This document shows positions 27,941-35,459 of a DNA stretch of 47,958 bases, in pieces. How positions within the stretch are numbered: the first letter of the stretch is position 1; every line of letters starts with the position of its first letter. The translations under genes and the position numbers were made by a program. Source of the DNA: an uncultured Clostridia bacterium. GTDB lineage: Bacteria > Bacillota > Clostridia > Christensenellales > Borkfalkiaceae. The stretch is taken from NCBI GenBank assembly GCA_964515795.1, contig CAZEVL010000001.1:1-47958 (forward strand), read 5' to 3'. The notes beneath the pieces are model-generated. The model was not told where the DNA came from. It did not search any database and saw nothing but the letters and a program-made list of their open reading frames with translations.

Positions 27941-29683
27941 TTAAGCAAATTGCCCGTTGTAAAGTCTTGCATACGCACCGTTTTTCGCCAACAAATCGCT
28001 ATGCGTACCCTTTTCCACGACGTGACCGTTCTCCATAACCAAAATGCAATCCGCACCGACGATCGTCGATAAACGATGCGCTACGACGAAAGAAGTCCTG
28101 CCCGACATCAATTTATCGAACGCGTCGTTAATTTTTCGTTCCGTACGCGTATCGATGGAAGAGGTCGCTTCGTCCAAAATCAGCATCGGCGGCTGCGCCA
28201 ACATAATACGCGTGATACAGAGCAACTGTTTCTGCCCTTCCGAAAGGTTACCTCCGTCTTCGGACAGCACGGTATCGTACCCTTGCTCCATTCGACGAAT
28301 AAAGCTGTGTGCGTGCGAAGCTTTCGCCGCGGCAATCATTTCCTCGTCCGTAGCGTCCGGTTTGCCCATTTTCAAATTTTCGCGCACCGTGCCGCACTTC
28401 AACCACGTTTCCTGCAACACCATTCCGTAACTGCTCCTCAATGACTTTCTCGTCAGTGCGCGCACGTCCTTTTCTTCTACGAACACCGCGCCGTCGTCCA
28501 CGTCGTAAAACCGCATCAGCAAATTGATGAGCGTCGTTTTACCGCTCCCCGTTCTGCCGACAATCGCCACGCGCTGTCCGGGCGTAACGGTCAAAGACAA
28601 GTCCTCTATCAATTTCCGATCCTTACGATAAGAAAAAGCTACGTTTTCCAAACGCACGTTCCCGTGTACTTCCGCCAATTCCGCCTTACCGACATCGGAA
28701 CTTTCCTCCGTTTCGTCCATCAATTCAAAAATCCGAACGGCGCAAGCGAACGAGCTTTTCAGCTCCGTAATCACGCCCGTAATTTCGTTGAACGGCTTGG
28801 TATACTGATTGGCGTAAGACAAAAATTTCGTCAAACCGCCCACGGTAAACACACCGCCTGCCACGTCCAACGCACCGAGCAACGCCACCAAAGCGTAGAC
28901 AAGGTTGTTAATGCACCGCGTAGACGGATTCACCAACGAAGAATAAAACGTCGCGTTCATCGCGGATTTCTCCAAGCGAGCGTTAATCTCGTCAAACTTC
29001 GCCTCGTTCGCGCGCTCATGCGAGAACGCCTGCGTCGTCTTCAATCCGGCAATCGCTTCTTCGGTAAACGCCGTCTGCTCGCCACGCGTCTGCGCCTGTT
29101 CTTTGAAATACTTATGCGTATGCGTCGCCACGAACTTTGCCACAAACAGCGAAATCGGCGTCACCAACACCACGACCAAACCGATTTTTACATTGGTGAC
29201 AAGCATGAACACAATCGTACCGAGAATCGTCATAATCCCCGTAAAGAATTGCGTGAATCCCATCAAAAGCCCGTCCGAAAACTGGTCGGCGTCCGCGACG
29301 ATACGGCTCACCGTATCCCCGTGCGCATGCGTATCGATATATTGCAAAGGCAAAGCGGAAAGCTTTCGAAACGCGTCTTTCCGGATATCCCTGACAACGT
29401 TACAGGAAATGCGGTTATTGCAAAGACTGAGCAACCACTGCGACACCGCGGAAATCCCTACCGCAGCGACAACTTTCCAGAAAATGGTTTTCAAATCGTC
29501 CCACAAAACGGCGCCCTCCACGATGCAATCGATCGCGTCGCCGAAAAACACGGGAATACAGAGCGTCGCCGCAACCGTAATCATAGAAAATAAAAGTGCC
29601 CCGATCAAAGAAAGCGGATATTTCGCGACGTAGCGCAACACGCGCGAAAGCGCGCCTTTACCTTTTTTCACCTGCTTACTCAT
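27941..29683 (-). CDS. ABC exporter, fused permease/ATPase (second half of a heterodimer pair)
   Basis: 580 aa with GRTGSGKTT, LSEGQKQLL and ILDEATSSID. Confidence 0.9.
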   Translation of the reverse strand: MSKQVKKGKGALSRVLRYVAKYPLSLIGALLFSMITVAATLCIPVFFGDAIDCIVEGAVLWDDLKTIFWKVVAAVGISAVSQWLLSLCNNRISCNVVRDIRKDAFRKLSALPLQYIDTHAHGDTVSRIVADADQFSDGLLMGFTQFFTGIMTILGTIVFMLVTNVKIGLVVVLVTPISLFVAKFVATHTHKYFKEQAQTRGEQTAFTEEAIAGLKTTQAFSHERANEAKFDEINARLEKSAMNATFYSSLVNPSTRCINNLVYALVALLGALDVAGGVFTVGGLTKFLSYANQYTKPFNEITGVITELKSSFACAVRIFELMDETEESSDVGKAELAEVHGNVRLENVAFSYRKDRKLIEDLSLTVTPGQRVAIVGRTGSGKTTLINLLMRFYDVDDGAVFVEEKDVRALTRKSLRSSYGMVLQETWLKCGTVRENLKMGKPDATDEEMIAAAKASHAHSFIRRMEQGYDTVLSEDGGNLSEGQKQLLCITRIMLAQPPMLILDEATSSIDTRTERKINDAFDKLMSGRTSFVVAHRLSTIVGADCILVMENGHVVEKGTHSDLLAKNGAYARLYNGQFA

Positions 29684-31431
29684 TGCGCACCTCCTTTGTC
29701 GTCCGATTCGTATTGCGAGAAGTAAATTTCACGATACACGTCGCAAGTTTCCATCAATTCCGCATGCGTACCCATACCTACCGTTTCTCCGTCGTCCAAC
29801 ACGATAATTTTATCGGCGTCGCGCACGGAAGAAGCACGCTGCGAAACGATGAATACCGTTGTATCCAACTTCCCGATTTCCTTACGAAGCGCGGCGTCCG
29901 TTGCATAATCGAGCGCCGAAGAAGAATCGTCCAAAATCAAAATATCCGGTTTTCGAACCAACGCGCGCGCAATCGTCAAACGTTGCTTTTGTCCGCCCGA
30001 CAAATTTTTACCGCCTTGCTCGATCACGGCGTCCAAACCGCCTTTATCCGCAACGACGTCCTCCGCCTGTGCGATACGCGCCGCTCTCATTAGCTCCTCG
30101 TCCGACGCGTCCGCTTTACCCCAACGCAAATTGTCGCGAATCGTTCCCTTGAACAAAACGGCTTTTTGCGGCACGATACCGATACGCGCGCGCAATTCGT
30201 CTTGTACGGCTCGATCCCGTACGTCCAGTCCGTCAACGCGTACCTGCCCGCCGCTCACGTCGTAAAAATGCGGAATCAAATTCACCAAAGTACTCTTCCC
30301 CGAACCCGTACCGCCGATCACCCCGACCGTTTCGCCGCGACGCACGGTAAAGGAAACGTGACTAAGCGCATCCTCCGCCCCCTCGATATATTTCATCGAA
30401 ACGTCGTCGAACACGATAAACGCTTCGTCAACATTCCGTTCCGTATTTTCCGTCAACTGCAAAGACGGTTGCATTTTCAAAACCGCCTCGATACGAGAAC
30501 CGCTCGCCGCGGCTTTCGTCACCAAAACGATCAAATTTGCAAGCTTGACAAGCTCCACCAAAATTTGTCCCATTAAGTTGTACAGCGCAATCACGCTACC
30601 CTGCGATAAATTTCCGCCGTCCACGCGAATCGCGCCCGTCCACAGCAAAACGATAATGGCTATATTCACCAACACGCAAGTCATCGGATTGGTAATCGCC
30701 GATACCGCCCCGACGAATTTTTTGCTCTTGTTGAGCGATTCGTTTCTGCGGTTAAACAGCTCCCGTTCCTCCTCTTCGCGACAAAACGCGCGAAGCACGC
30801 GTGCCCCCGTCAGATTTTCCCTCGTAGACAGAAGCACGTCGTCCAAATCTCCTTGCGATTTTTTATAGAGCGGCATACAAAGGAACATCACCGCAAACAC
30901 CACGACGGCAAGTGCGGCAATAGCCCCTGCAAAAACGCCGATAGAGGACGGATCGATGAAACACGCCGTAATCATCGCACCGAACACGATAAACGGCGAA
31001 CGAAGCAACAAACGTAAAAACAGATTGATACCCGATTGTAGCTTTTCCACGTCGCTCGTCATTCGCGTGAGCATAGTGGACGCGCCGATTTTGTCGATAT
31101 CCTTATAGCTCAACGATTGCAATTTCTTAAACAAATCCCGACGAACGCCTGCGGAAACACCCGTCGCGGTGCGCGCGGCGAAATATTGCGCCGTCACGGC
31201 AAACAACAAGCCGACAACCCCGAATACCGCCAACACGATGCACATTTTCACGATAAACGCCCTATCCGCATTCGGATAACCGCCGTTTATCTGTTCTCCC
31301 AAGCCCTTGTCCACAATCAAACTTACCACGAACGGCACCAACAGCTCGAACGTGGCTTCCATAAGCTTAAAAAGCGGACCTAAAAGGCTCTGCCAAAAAT
31401 AAGGTTTGAAATAAGTAAGTATTTTCTTCAT
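29680..31431 (-). CDS. ABC exporter, fused permease/ATPase (first half of a heterodimer pair)
   Basis: GGTGSGKST, LSGGQKQRLTIARAL and ILDDSSSALD. ATGA overlap with the partner gene. I prefer the ATG at 31431 (MKKILTYFKPYFWQ); the track uses the GTG at 31449. Confidence 0.88.
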   Translation of the reverse strand: MKKILTYFKPYFWQSLLGPLFKLMEATFELLVPFVVSLIVDKGLGEQINGGYPNADRAFIVKMCIVLAVFGVVGLLFAVTAQYFAARTATGVSAGVRRDLFKKLQSLSYKDIDKIGASTMLTRMTSDVEKLQSGINLFLRLLLRSPFIVFGAMITACFIDPSSIGVFAGAIAALAVVVFAVMFLCMPLYKKSQGDLDDVLLSTRENLTGARVLRAFCREEEERELFNRRNESLNKSKKFVGAVSAITNPMTCVLVNIAIIVLLWTGAIRVDGGNLSQGSVIALYNLMGQILVELVKLANLIVLVTKAAASGSRIEAVLKMQPSLQLTENTERNVDEAFIVFDDVSMKYIEGAEDALSHVSFTVRRGETVGVIGGTGSGKSTLVNLIPHFYDVSGGQVRVDGLDVRDRAVQDELRARIGIVPQKAVLFKGTIRDNLRWGKADASDEELMRAARIAQAEDVVADKGGLDAVIEQGGKNLSGGQKQRLTIARALVRKPDILILDDSSSALDYATDAALRKEIGKLDTTVFIVSQRASSVRDADKIIVLDDGETVGMGTHAELMETCDVYREIYFSQYESDDKGGAQ

Positions 31432-31440
31432 AGCTACATT

Positions 31441-31469
31441 ATTATACACGAATATCCTTAAAATTGCAA
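31441..31469 (-). promoter_or_regulatory. sigma-A-type promoter abutting the ABC start codon
   Basis: Minus strand reads TTGCAA, a 17-nt spacer, TATAAT, then only 9 nt (AATGTAGCT) before the ATG at 31431. Confidence 0.5.
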
Positions 31470-31481
31470 GAAAAATACAGA

Positions 31482-31507
31482 ACGGAGCGAAGAAAACTTC
31501 GCTCCGT
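31482..31507 (-). terminator. Terminator of the ispE / Cys-tail-protein transcript
   Basis: 11-bp stem ACGGAGCGAAG/CTTCGCTCCGT with loop AAAA. On the minus strand it is followed by TCTGTATTTTT. Confidence 0.7.
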
Positions 31508-31516
31508 AAACGCTTT

Positions 31517-32500
31517 TTAACAATGACAACCGCCGCAGCCGTCGCAGCCGCCGCACGTATCTTTTTCCTCCCCGAAGGAAAGAACGAATTGATACAGTTC
31601 TTTCAAATTTCGAATTTCCACCAAACGTTCCCCGTCTTCGGTAGAATGCAACTTCTCGTTTGCCCTGCAAGTACGCACCGCGTTCAACAAACGGTTGCTT
31701 ACGACGATAAACGCAAAAAACAGTCCCAGCCAAACCGCCGCAAATACGACGGTCGGTACAATATACCGAGAATCGGGGGAGCTGGTAATCTTTCCCGCAA
31801 AGAAAATCGCAAACCCGAGCGCGACAAGCATCGGTAACGTCACGCAACCGAACGCAATCAAACGAGTTTTCAAACGTTCTTTCAAATATTCGCGACGCTT
31901 CTCCTGTTTTTCCTTGACCGTTTTACAGAGCGGCTCTTCCTCCTCGCACAGCTCGTCCATACGTTTTCTAAACGTGTCGCCGTACATATCTTTGATTTGC
32001 CGCATCGTGACAAACCCGACGTCGTATTCAAAATTCTCCACGCCGTATTCGATATAATCGGATACAAATTCGTCCGGTTTCGTAAAATCTTCCGTGCGCG
32101 ACTTCCAATACCCCAACCGCGTGCGCATTGCCAAAGCTTCGTCCTCCTCCTCGGAAAGAAGCTTCGCCGCCTCGCCGTATTTTTCGGTTGCCGCAACGTA
32201 GTCCTCTATCCCGAACAAAGCGTCCGCTTCCGCACAAAGAATCTCGCAATTCGCTTTCTTCTCCGCGAGTTTTTCCTCTTTTTCACGCAGCTTCTTTTCC
32301 AATTCCTCGGGCGTCAAGCCGATAAACTCTTCGTCCAATTCCTCTTGCGCCTCTTCCGGAAATTCAAAAGCCACTTCGTCGCAATCTTCTTCGGTTTCCG
32401 TTTCCGACGTCAACTCGTCCGTGACGTCTACATAGCCGTCTTTCGTCTTTTTCAGGCGAATGCCTCTGCCGTACTCGTCGTCGATAATTCTTTCTTCCAT
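31517..32500 (-). CDS. Hypothetical membrane protein: acidic N-terminus, two TM helices, Cys-rich C-terminal tail
   Basis: 327 aa. GGGAGA RBS. TM segments LIAFGCVTLPMLVALGFAIFFAG and IVPTVVFAAVWLGLFFAFIVV. Ends ...DTCGGCDGCGGCHC. I do not recognise a family. Confidence 0.7.
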   Translation of the reverse strand: MEERIIDDEYGRGIRLKKTKDGYVDVTDELTSETETEEDCDEVAFEFPEEAQEELDEEFIGLTPEELEKKLREKEEKLAEKKANCEILCAEADALFGIEDYVAATEKYGEAAKLLSEEEDEALAMRTRLGYWKSRTEDFTKPDEFVSDYIEYGVENFEYDVGFVTMRQIKDMYGDTFRKRMDELCEEEEPLCKTVKEKQEKRREYLKERLKTRLIAFGCVTLPMLVALGFAIFFAGKITSSPDSRYIVPTVVFAAVWLGLFFAFIVVSNRLLNAVRTCRANEKLHSTEDGERLVEIRNLKELYQFVLSFGEEKDTCGGCDGCGGCHC

Positions 32501-32515
32501 ATCGTTCTCCCTATT

Positions 32516-33436
32516 TTATTCTATTTCGTCCTCATCGAATCGAAAAGGATTTCTAAAAATTCGTCTACACTCGTATTCGGGCACAACACTCCGCGCGACA
32601 ATCGTCCCACACGCGCCTTTGTAACGGCTCTGCGCCCAGAAACACAGTTCCCGAGATTCAAACAAGCCGATTACGCAACTTCCCGAACCCGTCATCACCG
32701 CACCGAGCGGCGAAAACGAAAGCATTTCTTCATAAGCGGTTTTCACCTCCGCATTAAGGCTTGCCGCAGGCGTAAACAAGTCGTTCGTCAAATACCTGCC
32801 CACGTCGTTTATATTCTCCTCCAACAATGCGGTAACGGCTTTCCCCGTCAAACTTTCCTTTTCGTCCGTCGAAGGCAACTCGTCGTACGCACGATAGCAC
32901 GCCCCTGCGGAAACGGAAGTTTTCGGACAAAGCAGCAACATATACAGCTCCTTTTTCGTCCGTAAAGGAAATATCTTTTCGCCCCTGCCCTGCATACGGG
33001 CAAAACCGCCCGACAGCATATATCCCGTATCGCTACCCAATTCGTCGGCGAGCGTTTTCAACGCCGTGCGATCGGTCACGCCGTACAGCTTTGCCATACC
33101 GTTCAGCACCCCCGACACGTCTGCGGAAGAACCGCCCAGTCCCGCACCGATAGGAATATCCTTAAACACGGTAATATCGGCTCCGTTCGTTTGAAAGCGT
33201 TCGCTAAACGCCTCCGCCGCACGTAAGGCGTTGTTTCGTTCGGGGGGGATAGTTTCGCTTCCCAAACCGTGCATCGTGACGGAGCTGAGCGTATTTTTGC
33301 GTTTCCGTAAAACGAGCGTGTCGAACACGTCGATACTGCAAACGAGCGAATCCAACACATGATATCCGTTTTCTCGCCCGACGATCTCCAACGTCAAATT
33401 CACTTTTGCATACGATTTTAGTTTTACCGAATTCAT
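32516..33436 (-). CDS. ispE: 4-diphosphocytidyl-2-C-methyl-D-erythritol kinase
   Basis: 306 aa. YAKVNLTLEIVG at the N-terminus and GHMP motif PIGAGLGGSSADVSG. Confidence 0.9.
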   Translation of the reverse strand: MNSVKLKSYAKVNLTLEIVGRENGYHVLDSLVCSIDVFDTLVLRKRKNTLSSVTMHGLGSETIPPERNNALRAAEAFSERFQTNGADITVFKDIPIGAGLGGSSADVSGVLNGMAKLYGVTDRTALKTLADELGSDTGYMLSGGFARMQGRGEKIFPLRTKKELYMLLLCPKTSVSAGACYRAYDELPSTDEKESLTGKAVTALLEENINDVGRYLTNDLFTPAASLNAEVKTAYEEMLSFSPLGAVMTGSGSCVIGLFESRELCFWAQSRYKGACGTIVARSVVPEYECRRIFRNPFRFDEDEIE

Positions 33437-33441
33437 CTTAT

Positions 33442-33472
33442 AAAAAACGCGACAAGGAAGAGCCTTGTCGCG
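33442..33472 (-). terminator. Intrinsic-terminator-like hairpin ending 5 nt before the ispE ATG
   Basis: 10-bp GC-rich stem CGCGACAAGG/CCTTGTCGCG with a 5-nt loop and a U6 run on the minus strand, then AUAAG-AUG. Confidence 0.6.
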
Positions 33473-33486
33473 CGCCTTCTATCGGT

Positions 33487-33515
33487 ATTGTACCATATTT
33501 TTTTCGAAATTTCAA
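33487..33515 (-). promoter_or_regulatory. sigma-A-type promoter between the LysM gene stop and the hairpin
   Basis: Minus strand reads TTGAAA, a 17-nt spacer, then TGgTACAAT. Confidence 0.45.
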
Positions 33516-33541
33516 TACTTTATAGGCATTTTTTGCATTTT

Positions 33542-35023
33542 TCACTTAATTTGTCGATAAACGAAGATACGATTCCCCTCTTTCACCGGAAATTCCAAAG
33601 AAGGATTACTCTTCACCAGCTCTTCGGGCGTACAACCGAGCCGCTTAGACACCTCCCACAAATCCTCGCCGACGCGCGGAATAAACAGAGAAAATGCGCT
33701 CTCGCTCGCTTCGCGCTCCGCTCCCTCCGTCACTTCCGTCACGTAATTGCAAGGCTGTTCGATATAACTGCGCAAGCTCAGTTTCAAAGTGGCTTCGGCA
33801 TCCGTTTCGCCGCTTTTCTTACGTCGCACGTTCAAGCCGCACACGATACAATCCGCCTCGACGACGTCCCCGTCCGTTTCCACGGGAATGCTTACGGGCA
33901 TATCGAGCCTTACCGAGCGATGCGTCCCGTCCGAACCGAGCAAAAGCACGTCTGCCGAAACAACGCCTTCCGCCTCCGTACCGTGTTCCGTTTTCCTGCA
34001 AGTCAGCTCCGCGCGCGGCAATACCGCCGCCAACAATGCGTACTCCCCGTCCGCCTCCGGCGAAAGCACCGCCGCGCCGCTGACGCGTTCGCTCCGTTTT
34101 ACCGTTCTCGACAAATACCTGCCCGTATCTTTTTGCATTTTTAGGCTTGTTTCGCAATCGGTGGCAAAGGCATCCACCGCCACTGAAAGCTCCTCACGGG
34201 TAGACAGGAAACAATCGACGGAAAGACAATAGGTAAACAGGATTTTGCTTCGATTTTTCTCCTCGTCCACGCCTGCGTCTATCTGTGCGGAACGTATACG
34301 CACGCGCGCCCAAGCCGTCACGTCGCCGAACGCTTCGTCGCAAGGAAGCTGCACGCGAAAAGTCGTCAACCGCTCGTAAGAACAAACGGAATTTTCTCCC
34401 GTTAACGCACAAATATTCAGATTCAGCTCCCCTTCCACCTCGATTTGTCCGTCTTTCGCAACAACCGTTCCGACTACCGCGTTTTCGCTGTGCAACAGGA
34501 TATCCCCGACCGTTTCCGTTTCAAATTCGTCCTCGCCTTCCGTTTCCCCGGAAACGCAAATCGTACGACAAAAACTTTGCGTTTCTTTTCGGCAAACCAA
34601 CGCATCTCCGCCCGTCAAATATTCGATTTGGCGATTTCCGTAAACGGGAATTTCCGCTTCCACCACAATCGTCACGTACAGTCCGGAGCCTTCCCTTCGA
34701 TAATTCACGTTATCCGCAGACAACAACGCTTTCGCAAAGCAGGCGGGCGTCACGTCCTGCCCTTCGGCTTTATGGAAAAATTCCGCACCGCGCTCCGCAC
34801 GACATATTTTCTTCTCCCCGTCCTCGTAAACGATCCCCAACGTCACCTTGCCGCCGTATCGCACTTCTCCGTCCGCACAACTGCATTCCGTCGCCACAAC
34901 GTTCGCCTGCAACGCCAACACGCCGCTGATCTCCGCACCGGGAAGTCGGCATTCCACGACGGAACGGCTCGTCAAACGACAAACCTCGCCCACGTATCGA
35001 TAATTTTCATATTGCGGTTTCAT
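33542..35023 (-). CDS. LysM-domain sporulation-type protein (the N-terminal region may be DUF3794/SafA-like)
   Basis: C-terminal LysM: GEDLWEVSKRLGCTPEELVKSNPSLEFPVKEGNRIFV. The ATG at 35023 (MKPQYENYRY) has an AAGGAG RBS. The track ORF is extended to 35179. Confidence 0.7.
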   Translation of the reverse strand: MKPQYENYRYVGEVCRLTSRSVVECRLPGAEISGVLALQANVVATECSCADGEVRYGGKVTLGIVYEDGEKKICRAERGAEFFHKAEGQDVTPACFAKALLSADNVNYRREGSGLYVTIVVEAEIPVYGNRQIEYLTGGDALVCRKETQSFCRTICVSGETEGEDEFETETVGDILLHSENAVVGTVVAKDGQIEVEGELNLNICALTGENSVCSYERLTTFRVQLPCDEAFGDVTAWARVRIRSAQIDAGVDEEKNRSKILFTYCLSVDCFLSTREELSVAVDAFATDCETSLKMQKDTGRYLSRTVKRSERVSGAAVLSPEADGEYALLAAVLPRAELTCRKTEHGTEAEGVVSADVLLLGSDGTHRSVRLDMPVSIPVETDGDVVEADCIVCGLNVRRKKSGETDAEATLKLSLRSYIEQPCNYVTEVTEGAEREASESAFSLFIPRVGEDLWEVSKRLGCTPEELVKSNPSLEFPVKEGNRIFVYRQIK

Positions 35024-35116
35024 ATCACTTCGCTCCTTTCTTTTATTCCTGTTTATCCTATTCGTCGACCTGTACGAATATGTATAAAAAAGCGATTTTT
35101 TGCACATACTTCTTCT

Positions 35117-35356
35117 ATGATTAAACCGACCAAAAACATCAAAGACGTCAAACAAATGGTAAGAGCCTGTTCCGCACAACGCGTAGCCGTAAAAGTCAAT
35201 TTAGGCAGAAACAAATCCGTCCGCTATTCGGGCGTGCTTTCGGGGATCTACCCGGCGCTTTTCACCGTCAAACCGGACGATGCGGACTTTTTGGGCAAAA
35301 CCGCCTATTCTTATTCCGACGTATTATGCGGAAACGTCAAAATCAAACGCCTGTAA
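35117..35356 (+). CDS. veg: Veg (DUF1021) protein
   Basis: 79 aa, MIKPTKNIKDVKQ...VKVNLGRNKSVRYSG...YSYSDVLCGNVKIK. It aligns by eye with Bacillus Veg. It is the in-frame 3' part of the spurious 303-aa track ORF 34445..35356. Confidence 0.8.
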   Translation: MIKPTKNIKDVKQMVRACSAQRVAVKVNLGRNKSVRYSGVLSGIYPALFTVKPDDADFLGKTAYSYSDVLCGNVKIKRL

Positions 35357-35417
35357 AGCGATAATCCGGTAAAATTTTTCATTGTCGCATTACGATAAAT
35401 ACGGAACAAAAAAATAG

Positions 35418-35450
35418 GCTGTCGCAAATCATAAAAAATTTGCCGACAGC
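35418..35450. terminator. Bidirectional terminator shared by veg and uvrA
   Basis: GCTGTCGCAAA pairs with TTTGC(C)GACAGC (one bulge). T-rich runs on both sides. Confidence 0.7.
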
Positions 35451-35459
35451 TTATTTACT

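Noticed and set aside
35073-35080. Exact streptococcal ComX cin-box TACGAATA at 35073-35080 (+), also at 5291-5298 (-), with 7/8 versions inside box L copies.
   Set aside because: The competence-type genes in the window (dprA, comM) have no such box upstream. The hits are explained by overlap with the GTACGAA part of the repeat family. An 8-mer in this ACG/CGT-rich composition is not significant on its own.
34445-35116. The 303-aa plus-strand ORF 34445..35356, and the N-terminal extension of the minus-strand ORF up to 35179.
   Set aside because: Only the last 79 codons (from the ATG at 35117) resemble Veg; the rest is antisense to the LysM gene. The LysM gene has a good RBS at the internal ATG at 35023, and the extension would overlap veg.
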